A stretch of 34,480 nucleotides of DNA, taken from the IMG/VR virus record IMGVR_UViG_3300028534_000010, positions 1 to 34,480 of that record. The stretch is one strand, 5' to 3'. A program made the position numbers and the translations under genes. Below are positions 1 to 6,649 of the stretch, piece after piece. The notes under the pieces were generated by a model. That model made no database searches and had not been told where the DNA came from. It saw only the letters and a program-made list of their open reading frames with translations. This DNA comes from a virus. Every line of letters begins with the position of its first letter. Within the stretch, counting starts at the first letter, position 1.

Positions 1-31
1 AAGCATTCCAATGAAACCAAAGCCAGCACCA
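1..31. repeat. Left copy of an exact 31-bp terminal direct repeat (circular-assembly overlap)
   Basis: Bases 1-31 (aagcattccaatgaaaccaaagccagcacca) are identical to 34450-34480. The rusA-like start codon at 11 recurs at 34460. Confidence 0.95.
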
Positions 32-379
32 CGTCCAAGAGTAACAACAAGAGGAACTTATAATCCTAAAGACTACACAGATTATAAAAATTATATCTCT
101 CTACTTGCAAAAAGAGAGAGACCAAAAAAGATAGATGGTGCAGTAATGCTAATAATAGAGTATAGACTCGGAATGCCAAAAAGCTGGAGCAAAAAGAAAA
201 AAGCCATAATGAATGGGAAATGGCATATTTCAAGACCAGATCTTGACAATCTTGACAAGGGCGTAAAAGATGCACTTACAGGAGTATGCTATAGAGACGA
301 TTCACAAGTTGCCTTAAAGCATACATCAAAAGCATGGGCTAGTTCAGATATGATTAGTATAAGTGTATATGAATTATAA
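11..379 (+). CDS. rusA: RusA-family Holliday junction resolvase
   Basis: 122 aa carrying the RusA signature SRPDLDNLDKGVKDALTGVCYRDDSQV. By circular continuity it follows the HNH-like gene. Confidence 0.85.
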   Translation: MKPKPAPRPRVTTRGTYNPKDYTDYKNYISLLAKRERPKKIDGAVMLIIEYRLGMPKSWSKKKKAIMNGKWHISRPDLDNLDKGVKDALTGVCYRDDSQVALKHTSKAWASSDMISISVYEL

Positions 380-391
380 ACAAAATGTGTA

Positions 392-574
392 ATGAATGAT
401 AACAGCAGACGACATAACAAGAGAGGTAAAAACGCAGAGAAAGAGATATCAGAAATACTAAAAAACCTTACAGAGAAAACAAACGCAACAATAAAAGATA
501 TAAAAATATTAGAAAAAGCACATCTTATAGGAGAGCAAAGAGAGTATGATGTTTTTATTTCCTTTTATCTATAA
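392..574 (+). CDS. Hypothetical small basic protein
   Basis: 60-aa ORF starting 12 nt after the rusA stop. Its 3' end overlaps the convergent ORF 555-827 by 20 nt. No family recognised. Confidence 0.3.
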   Translation: MNDNSRRHNKRGKNAEKEISEILKNLTEKTNATIKDIKILEKAHLIGEQREYDVFISFYL

Positions 575-827
575 TCTCAATGTTCCTAATCCTTGACAAT
601 CTCTTTAGATCGTATTTTAGTGTTTTGCTATTAAACTTTTTGGCAAATTTAAAATCAAATGAAACAGTATATCCTATTTTTAAATTTGCCTCATACCATC
701 TCTTGTTGAACCTCACCCACGCATGGTCTCTCCATCGTTCACCATCAACCACAATATCAAGCAGCAGAAGGTAAGTAACGCCTCCTGCATGGTATGATTT
801 TCTGCCTATCTTTGCTACCGCCTTCAT
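555..827 (-). CDS. Hypothetical protein (last gene of the leftward island)
   Basis: 90 aa. An AGGAG SD lies 5 nt upstream of the ATG and overlaps the stop of the upstream gene, which indicates translational coupling. Confidence 0.6.
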   Translation of the reverse strand: MKAVAKIGRKSYHAGGVTYLLLLDIVVDGERWRDHAWVRFNKRWYEANLKIGYTVSFDFKFAKKFNSKTLKYDLKRLSRIRNIEIIDKRK

Positions 828-835
828 TTCTGCTC

Positions 836-1297
836 CTATTTTATAACTATCTCTTCATATTTAACGTGATCGTTTCCATGGTACAACTCATCATAGATAA
901 CAACTGCCCCGCCTTTGTATGTAATCTCAAGCCATGCGTGACCGTCTCCACCAGCCGTCCCAGCGATTAGCGATATTCCTATTACACTATCATCATCAAA
1001 AAGAATCTCTGCCGCAGTAATTGCGTAATCTTCACAGTCTCCTACATAGTTGAATCCGTATTTTCTCACAGGCTCCCATTTGTCATCTTCTTTGTCGCTC
1101 TTGTATAAAAACATATCTTCGAGCTTCTGAATGCCATCAAGCCCTATCATAGACACATAGCTACTATCATCTCCGCATATCATCATGTCATAGTTTTGGC
1201 ACATATCATAAAACTTTGAAGATGAGCCAAATCCTGTGCTTTCAATACCGCACCCATACAGTAGCAGTGATAAAGCAATAATAATGTTTTTTGTCAT
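836..1297 (-). CDS. Secreted or lipoprotein transglutaminase-like cysteine peptidase (BTLCP/LapG-like)
   Basis: Start chosen at the internal ATG at 1297, which has a GGAGGT SD, not the track start at 1375. The N-terminus MTKNIIIALSLLLYGC is a signal peptide with a lipobox-like LYGC. The BTLCP-type motifs are DDKWEP, GDCEDYAITAAE (Cys), DGHAWLEI (His) and VIYDE (Asp). Confidence 0.65.
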   Translation of the reverse strand: MTKNIIIALSLLLYGCGIESTGFGSSSKFYDMCQNYDMMICGDDSSYVSMIGLDGIQKLEDMFLYKSDKEDDKWEPVRKYGFNYVGDCEDYAITAAEILFDDDSVIGISLIAGTAGGDGHAWLEITYKGGAVVIYDELYHGNDHVKYEEIVIK

Positions 1298-1392
1298 CAC
1301 ATACCTCCAATTGTAATCATTATAGCCAAAACGATAAAATATGGGTAAAAAGCAGACATTGCTATTATGCCCCACACTATTAGCTGCTTCAT
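1297..1392 (-). CDS. Possible 31-aa hydrophobic micro-protein (single TM)
   Basis: Encodes MKQLIVWGIIAMSAFYPYFIVLAIMITIGGM. Its ATG overlaps the upstream stop (ATGA) and its TGA overlaps the peptidase ATG (TGATG). It was below the size cutoff of the ORF track. Confidence 0.3.
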   Translation of the reverse strand: MKQLIVWGIIAMSAFYPYFIVLAIMITIGGM

Positions 1393-1532
1393 TTGCTCTC
1401 CTCTGGTTTGTTTTTTGTTATCTTGCAAATATTTTGATCATCTCTCTTAACTGAAAGTCGTTTTTGTTTATCTACAGGAAGATTATTCAATTTGTAGAAG
1501 AATTGATTAGCTTTTTTTCTCCTGAATTTCAT
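1389..1532 (-). CDS. Possible 47-aa basic micro-protein
   Basis: Encodes MKFRRKKANQFFYKLNNLPVDKQKRL.... Its stop overlaps the start of the next micro-ORF. The SD (AAGGA) is weak and distant. Confidence 0.3.
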   Translation of the reverse strand: MKFRRKKANQFFYKLNNLPVDKQKRLSVKRDDQNICKITKNKPEESK

Positions 1533-1585
1533 ACTTTTGTCTATCCTTTACTCATAAATATCAACTATTAGATCACAATCACTTG

Positions 1586-2074
1586 TTAAGACGTGTGTCG
1601 TTCCGCTTCTTCTATTAATTCGCTTTGCTGTTGTATATATGTTTTCTCATCCTCTACTATTTTTTCTATCTTTCTTATTAATGTTTTTATATTGTTAAAT
1701 ACAAAGCGATTTGTTATTAAATGCTCCCATCCACCTATAAGCTCATTTCTAAAAGTTCCGTTACTGTCCATTTCTTTCCAGTAGGCGTATTCATCTTCCT
1801 CCACAAATTCCTTTACGATCGGCGTTATCTCTCCATCTTTATACACTAGCCATAACTCCTCATCTCCAAAATTTGTATCATAATCAAAAGCTCTTCCTGC
1901 ATAATGCTTGTATGAATCAATAACAAGAATATGATACAGGCGAAAATGACTTTTTTCTGCTAACTTTTCAAATACATTCAGCAACTCAAAAAATTTCTTT
2001 TTTAGCTCTTTTGCTTGCTTTGTTCGCAAGTCTCCTATTTTCCCCATCTCTTCTATTATTGTATTTGTATTCAT
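1586..2074 (-). CDS. Hypothetical protein
   Basis: 162 aa and acidic. An ATGA overlap joins it to the upstream gene at 2071-2074. No family recognised. Confidence 0.65.
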   Translation of the reverse strand: MNTNTIIEEMGKIGDLRTKQAKELKKKFFELLNVFEKLAEKSHFRLYHILVIDSYKHYAGRAFDYDTNFGDEELWLVYKDGEITPIVKEFVEEDEYAYWKEMDSNGTFRNELIGGWEHLITNRFVFNNIKTLIRKIEKIVEDEKTYIQQQSELIEEAERHTS

Positions 2075-2472
2075 TGCTTTCTACCTCCTATTGTATATTT
2101 AACTTCTCTTTCAATCGAAGCATCCATAAGATCCTCAAAATATTTCTCTATAGAAAATATAAATTTTTCTATTTTTTTTATTCCTTTTTCGATGTTTGTT
2201 ACGAACAATTCCTCCGAGTTCATTTCTAGCATAAACTCTTTCTGTATCAAAGGGTTTGATTTTTGAAAAACTGTTACAGTCACATCTTTAGGAAGAGGAC
2301 GCACAGTAAATCCTAGAGCTTTGTTTAGCTGCAAGGAAGCTTCAATAATCCCTCTTTTGCTCCACTCGATTTCTTTACCTGCACATATTGGCGTTATATG
2401 ATCTCCCCCCTTTTCGTATAGAATAAAATCTCCTGCCTGCCTCTCTTTAATGTAAATACTTATCTTTTTCAC
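2071..2472 (-). CDS. Hypothetical protein
   Basis: 133 aa with a GTG start preceded by AAGGAG. No family recognised. Confidence 0.6.
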   Translation of the reverse strand: MKKISIYIKERQAGDFILYEKGGDHITPICAGKEIEWSKRGIIEASLQLNKALGFTVRPLPKDVTVTVFQKSNPLIQKEFMLEMNSEELFVTNIEKGIKKIEKFIFSIEKYFEDLMDASIEREVKYTIGGRKQ

Positions 2473-2562
2473 GCTAGCTCCTTTTCTAATCTGCTAAATA
2501 ATCATCAAGTCTACTATACATTAGAACAATAATAGTCATCAATAATATGCATGATATTTCAA

Positions 2563-3588
2563 TCACAATACTATCCTAAGCCACGATTTAACAAGATTAT
2601 CAATATTTCTATCTTTTGCAATTTCTAGCAGATAATCAACCCGAATCCCACCAACGCTGTTCAAATCAATACCGAGTTGGTATACGGCAGAATTGATTCC
2701 TGGGTCACAAGCTCCTGCATTTTTCAGGTGGTCTATCCCTATGAATCGATATTTAAATCTATCGAATAGCTTGTGATTGCTCATCTTCTTTTTTGCTTCT
2801 GCAATCTTTCTTTTTCTATGTAGCTCTTTGGCTTCTTCAAGTGTTTTGCCGTGCGACTTGTGCCAGATGTAACCATGCTCAAAATACACTTCATAGTTTC
2901 CATATTTCCCTGAGCTTGTTATCCATTTGCATTTATGATCATTTCCTTTCACAGTCAGCACGCCATCAATATTTTCTATTTTCAGCAAATCGTTTAGAGA
3001 TATAACTATCTCTGTGTACCCGTGCGTAGGTTTCCATGTGCAAGATTTTGCGTAACTTTCCCTGTCATCATATTCAGAGAAAAACTTTTTATTTTTTTTG
3101 CTCCTTGAATACACAAAGAGCTTTGTAATAGCCCCCATTGAGTAGTCATTATTTCTATATATTCCAAGAATCATTTCTGCATTCTTTTTCATTTTGATAA
3201 ACTTATCAAAAGAAACACCCCACTCTTTGGAGAATGAGCGAGAATACGGGAGGTTGTCTATAAACTTTTTAAATGAAAGTTTCGTGCCATCATCAACTAT
3301 GCTCTTGTACGCCCAAGCGGATTTAATATTTTCAACAAACATCTTTTTAGATACGCCATTGCAAGTTGAAGAAAATATCTTATATTGAGAATCGAAAAAC
3401 TCTTTTTCTTTTTCTTTTTCAAGTATTTTTCTTATTTTTCTCACACGCTGTTCATGTTTTCTGTCAATCCCATATTGTTGCAGTAGTTCATAATCACACA
3501 GTCTACCACTGTATGATGCTATCGCCTCAAGCTTTTCTCTTAAGCCGCCAGCCTTTTTGATCGCTGCATCAAGTTGTTTCTTGTTCAT
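2563..3588 (-). CDS. Hypothetical protein
   Basis: 341 aa. A GAGGA SD lies 7 nt upstream of the ATG, preceded by a tandem-hairpin leader. No nuclease, NTPase or integrase motifs seen. Confidence 0.7.
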   Translation of the reverse strand: MNKKQLDAAIKKAGGLREKLEAIASYSGRLCDYELLQQYGIDRKHEQRVRKIRKILEKEKEKEFFDSQYKIFSSTCNGVSKKMFVENIKSAWAYKSIVDDGTKLSFKKFIDNLPYSRSFSKEWGVSFDKFIKMKKNAEMILGIYRNNDYSMGAITKLFVYSRSKKNKKFFSEYDDRESYAKSCTWKPTHGYTEIVISLNDLLKIENIDGVLTVKGNDHKCKWITSSGKYGNYEVYFEHGYIWHKSHGKTLEEAKELHRKRKIAEAKKKMSNHKLFDRFKYRFIGIDHLKNAGACDPGINSAVYQLGIDLNSVGGIRVDYLLEIAKDRNIDNLVKSWLRIVL

Positions 3589-3610
3589 ATTTTCCTCTTT
3601 GTGTTAGATT

Positions 3611-3647
3611 TAAGCGATTAACACTTACTAATACCGCCATCAGGCGG
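3611..3647 (-). promoter_or_regulatory. Tandem-hairpin leader element L3
   Basis: On the minus-strand RNA the order is CCGCC-TGAT-GGCGG, then TAAGTG-TTAAT-CGCTTA (one G-U pair), then AATCTAA, then the SD and the ATG at 3588. Confidence 0.5.
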
Positions 3648-3658
3648 CACTATAAGGG

Positions 3659-4177
3659 CTATTTTACTTTGTACGGCTTATCAAAAGACCCTATAGAGAA
3701 ATCAAAATATGCTTTTGTGTGAAAGTAATCAGTCATGGGATCGCTATTGTCATACCACTTTAATATCTTTTTAGCAGCTGCCAGCGACTCTGAGAAGAAT
3801 TTATAGAATTTGCTATTTTTCAAAAAATAGTCATCCAAATAGAAGTGGTTGATGTCAACGCTCTTACACTCAAGCAGCTCGAATATGTTCCAAACATCAT
3901 TAACCAATCTTATTTCATGATTCCCAAATTCATCTCTTATAATATCCTCAACTCCAGAATAGCTATCAACGCCAGCGTCTATAGCTTTGTTATACAGTCT
4001 CATCGAAATACTATCAACTGCCAGATCTTTAATATCTACCTTTTCACCAGACGTTAGAGAAACCTCCAGCGATGAGTAGTCTCTATTTCTAACACTTGCG
4101 GTGAAACCGTAATGCTTTGCTATACCCCTTATAGCCTTTCTGCATTGTGCCGCCTCTTCTTTCGATATGTATGCCAT
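3659..4177 (-). CDS. Hypothetical protein; weak resemblance to LPD29-type polyvalent-protein-associated domains
   Basis: 172 aa. The N-terminal KAIRGIAKHYGFTASVRNRDYSSLEVSL and the C-terminal YDNSDPMTDYFHTKAYFDF recall that family from memory only. Confidence 0.6.
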   Translation of the reverse strand: MAYISKEEAAQCRKAIRGIAKHYGFTASVRNRDYSSLEVSLTSGEKVDIKDLAVDSISMRLYNKAIDAGVDSYSGVEDIIRDEFGNHEIRLVNDVWNIFELLECKSVDINHFYLDDYFLKNSKFYKFFSESLAAAKKILKWYDNSDPMTDYFHTKAYFDFSIGSFDKPYKVK

Positions 4178-4199
4178 CTTCTATCCTTTAGTTTTAGTT

Positions 4200-4239
4200 T
4201 TAAGCGTAACCGCTTAACAGAGTAGCCCAGTAGCTACTC
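4200..4239 (-). promoter_or_regulatory. Tandem-hairpin leader element L2
   Basis: On the minus-strand RNA the order is GAGTAGC-TACTGG-GCTACTC, then TTAAGCG-GTTA-CGCTTAA, then AACTAAAACTAA, then AGGA and the ATG at 4177. Confidence 0.5.
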
Positions 4240-4349
4240 AATAAGTGGTCATTTAAACATCTTGTAAAAATCTCTAATACTCCCCCATTCTCTAATCTCA
4301 TTAGAGATTTTGTCATCATAGCCGTTTGTATGACCAGTTTAACGACAGA

Positions 4350-4451
4350 TCAAGATGATTTATAATCCATTGCCTGCAATCCATACCACCTCGAAAACAA
4401 CATATAGTATTTGTCATTATTCTTGTCGTTCCAAATAATATACTCTCCCAT
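4350..4451 (-). CDS. Possible 33-aa micro-protein
   Basis: Encodes MGEYIIWNDKNNDKYYMLFSRWYGLQAMDYKSS. An AAGGA SD and an ATCTAATCTA motif lie upstream. Confidence 0.25.
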   Translation of the reverse strand: MGEYIIWNDKNNDKYYMLFSRWYGLQAMDYKSS

Positions 4452-4484
4452 TGCATATCCTTTATATGTAGATTAGATATAGGC

Positions 4485-4637
4485 TTATGATAGATAGCTG
4501 ATTAATGCATCCATCGCATCGCTCTTTCTTTCGTGCCCATTGTCTATAGGGAACTTACAAGAGTCGAAGATAAGCCAACCGCCGTCGTAGGATTTTGCTA
4601 TGTAACCTATGTTCCCATTGTAAATAATCTCTTTCAT
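4485..4637 (-). CDS. Hypothetical 50-aa protein (first cistron of the leftward island)
   Basis: Encodes MKEIIYNGNIGYIAKSYDGGWLIFDSCKFPIDNGHERKSDAMDALISYLS. A GAGGT SD lies upstream, preceded by a hairpin leader. Confidence 0.5.
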   Translation of the reverse strand: MKEIIYNGNIGYIAKSYDGGWLIFDSCKFPIDNGHERKSDAMDALISYLS

Positions 4638-4661
4638 GGTTTTACCTCGTTTTTAGATTTT

Positions 4662-4709
4662 CGCCCACATGTGGACGCTATAAAAAGGATACAATTATCC
4701 CTTTTATAG
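4662..4709. promoter_or_regulatory. Hairpin (4662-4677) plus a 32-bp near-perfect palindrome (4678-4709) in the divergent control region
   Basis: The hairpin is cgcccacatgtggacg, which is self-complementary. The palindrome is ctataaaaaggata-caat-tatcccttttatag, with 13 of 14 arm positions paired. The one mismatch becomes a G-U pair only on the minus-strand RNA. Confidence 0.5.
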
Positions 4710-4733
4710 TGATCTTCCATTCTCCATCTTTTA

Positions 4734-4850
4734 CATGCGGGTCAGGTCATCCGCGTCGAAGCGGTCACGCATGGTGGATTTTTTATCGCTGGTCACGCCA
4801 GGGCATAGGAGAGGATACGAGCCTCAACAGACAAGAGCCTTTCAACCCTT
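4734..4850 (+). other. GC-rich structured non-coding island (candidate sRNA, attenuator or protein-binding array)
   Basis: CATGCG (4734-4739) pairs with CGCATG (4768-4773). CCGC at 4751 can pair with either GCGG at 4737 or GCGG at 4761. A T6 run lies at 4779-4784. GGTCA occurs four times (4740, 4745, 4763, 4791) and GGTCACGC twice, 28 bp apart. The overlapping 74-aa ORF looks non-coding. Confidence 0.35.
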
Positions 4851-5006
4851 TATCTATACATATTATATAACAATATTATCACGATGTCAATACAAAATAA
4901 GCAATTCATACAAATTAGGTCAAATTGTCATACATTTCTTTATCCAGTTTTCAATATGAAACATTGAATTTTTACGAAATTAATCAATGTTGTGTTAATA
5001 TTTCGT

Positions 5007-5237
5007 ATGAGTCAAGATGAAATGATTACATTCAGGCAGATAAGTAAGCGGCTAGGGTATAAAAGAGTATCCTATCTGTATAGGTCTATTGGGTACACTG
5101 CATCAAACATATCTAGGATAAAGAGAGACAACAAAGAAAGATATAAAATGTTAATGTACTTGGCAATCATCAATCATTACGGGATAACACACGCAGGGTT
5201 AATAGATATGATGGAGGCTATGAGAGATGGTAAATGA
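5007..5237 (+). CDS. Small putative DNA-binding protein (first gene of the rightward late block)
   Basis: ATG at 5007 (the track gives an alternative GTG at 4992). FRQISKRLGYKRVSYLYRSIGYTASNISRIKR looks HTH-like. No SD is visible. Confidence 0.45.
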   Translation: MSQDEMITFRQISKRLGYKRVSYLYRSIGYTASNISRIKRDNKERYKMLMYLAIINHYGITHAGLIDMMEAMRDGK

Positions 5238-5263
5238 TAATGATTATCAATTTAGGTTCTTCG

Positions 5264-5355
5264 ACGGCTTGAACGCCGTGCGGGGGCTAAGCTCCCGAAA
5301 GTTATCGATTTTTCACTCTTCAAAACCCTTTACTAAAAATATAACCGTAGGTTAT
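5264..5355 (+). other. Cluster of three hairpins upstream of the packaging genes (candidate cos/pac or RNA element)
   Basis: ACGGC-ttgaac-GCCGT lies at 5264-5279. cgggggc-taa-gctcccg lies at 5281-5297 (7 bp, one G-U pair). ataacc-gta-ggttat lies at 5341-5355. The element is locally GC-rich within AT-rich DNA. Confidence 0.35.
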
Positions 5356-5369
5356 ATCAAGGAACAACA

Positions 5370-6056
5370 ATGATTACATACACGGTAGACTTCCCCGCCA
5401 TTGCTGACATAATAGAGGATTTGAACGAAGAGGCACACATGAAAGCATTTGATGATGCCGCGAATGACGTGTTCCTAAGAGCCACATCGAAAGTCGTTAC
5501 TCAAATAAAAAAGAAGTTCAATTTAGGCTCTGTAAAAGAGAACCCATATACATGGGCATTCTCATCAAAGCTAACAGGCAGAACTAGGAAAAAGAGTGGC
5601 AGGATAAGGTTTTTCAAAAAAACAGCCAAAAACGGCAGTATAAAAATACTCATAAGAGGAGAGTCTATAGACTCTTATCTGTTCAATTATGGCATACCAG
5701 AGAGGATAAAGGCAACAAAAAGCGAAAAAAGAAAAGCGTCACTCACACGAAAATACAACAAGATGTCAAAACGTGACAAAAAAAAGCCAGTGGTTAAAAT
5801 TCTAAGGTCTGGCAGGGTCACAACATTAGATCATGCTTTTTTCGCAACGATGAAGAGTGGTCATACAGGAATATTCTTTAGGCACTCAGGAGAGAAAAAG
5901 AAGATAAATGAGAGCAGGGTAATAACACTAGTGTCAATGCTGCATCAAGTTAATTATGACAAGATATATGACGACCATTACAAGGCAAATATGCCAAAGC
6001 GGTACGAGCATTACCTAAAAAGACAGTTTAGGAGTAGCGTATGGCGGATAAAATAA
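5370..6056 (+). CDS. Lambda gpZ-like tail completion protein (tentative)
   Basis: 228 aa whose layout recalls lambda Z: an N-terminal helical part, a basic K/R-rich stretch (KSEKRKASLTRKYNKMSKRDKKK), then VKILRSGRVTTLDHAFFATMKSGHTGIFFR, compared with VGNRRIPGAFIQQLKNGRWHVMQR in Z. Confidence 0.4.
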   Translation: MITYTVDFPAIADIIEDLNEEAHMKAFDDAANDVFLRATSKVVTQIKKKFNLGSVKENPYTWAFSSKLTGRTRKKSGRIRFFKKTAKNGSIKILIRGESIDSYLFNYGIPERIKATKSEKRKASLTRKYNKMSKRDKKKPVVKILRSGRVTTLDHAFFATMKSGHTGIFFRHSGEKKKINESRVITLVSMLHQVNYDKIYDDHYKANMPKRYEHYLKRQFRSSVWRIK

Positions 6057-6649
6057 GACAAACCAAAATGATAACGGTTTCAAAACTTTGCGATTTGCTA
6101 AACTCCTCAGAGTATGACATAGAAATGCCATCGTCTGGCGTATGGACTAAGAAAAACGTATCAATGAAGATTAAAAATGCAGGAATTCTCCCAGTAAGGA
6201 AAGGGAGAGGAAGGACTGGCAACCAATACAGCACAGATGACATAATAAAGCTGTTTGGTATAGGGGATGAAAAAACAAACATACCAGAGCCAAGAGATAC
6301 GATAAAAGAAGCAGATACTGCACTTGGAGCATGGGGCGAATATAAGAAGAAGATAGAAGAGCGTGTCGCAATGGCACCGAGTGCTAAAGTAGAGGCAGAA
6401 ATAGAAAAGATTATGACAGCGACATACAAGGATGAGCTTGATGTTATCGAAAAATCAAAACTGTTATTGTCGAGAGCAGAGGTAGAAGCTACAAACGGCA
6501 GGATTTTATCTGCGTTAAAACATGAAATTGTGCAGATAGTCGGCAAAATATCAGCAGTTGCACCAGAGCTTGATAGAAAAAAGCTTGTAATGATAAGAGA
6601 CACGATAAACGAAGCACTTGCAAAGGTAGCAGATGAGCTTGGCAAATAG
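6041..6649 (+). CDS. Terminase small subunit (by position)
   Basis: 202 aa with an HTH-like N-terminus. It overlaps TerL by 17 nt and the upstream gene by 16 nt. Confidence 0.5.
   Translation: MADKIRQTKMITVSKLCDLLNSSEYDIEMPSSGVWTKKNVSMKIKNAGILPVRKGRGRTGNQYSTDDIIKLFGIGDEKTNIPEPRDTIKEADTALGAWGEYKKKIEERVAMAPSAKVEAEIEKIMTATYKDELDVIEKSKLLLSRAEVEATNGRILSALKHEIVQIVGKISAVAPELDRKKLVMIRDTINEALAKVADELGK

Noticed and set aside
1-31. The terminal repeat as a biological direct terminal repeat or cos end
   Set aside because: An exact 31-nt overlap cutting through the rusA start is what a k-mer-based assembler leaves on a circular or permuted molecule. The real ends cannot be inferred from it.
1298-1375. 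N-terminal extension of the peptidase ORF (track start at 1375)
   Set aside because: The extension (MGHNSNVCFLPIFYRFGYNDYNWRYV) has no SD and would bury the signal peptide. The ATG at 1297 has a GGAGGT SD and yields a proper signal sequence.
4200-4319. 39-aa minus-strand ORF (MMTKSLMRLENGG...) running through the ATTAGAGAT repeats and both L2 hairpins
   Set aside because: It has no SD, and its sequence is dictated by the repeats and hairpins. It was treated as non-coding, although this is not excluded.
4735-4959. 74-aa plus-strand ORF across the GC-rich island
   Set aside because: The translation is Arg/Ser-rich and then runs into an AT-rich low-complexity tail. There is no SD. The region is better explained as structured non-coding DNA or RNA.
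6028-6645. 205-aa minus-strand ORF covering the whole small-terminase gene
   Set aside because: It is antisense to a well-supported, translationally coupled plus-strand gene. Its composition is low-complexity and S/F/I-rich, and it has no SD. It is a typical shadow ORF.
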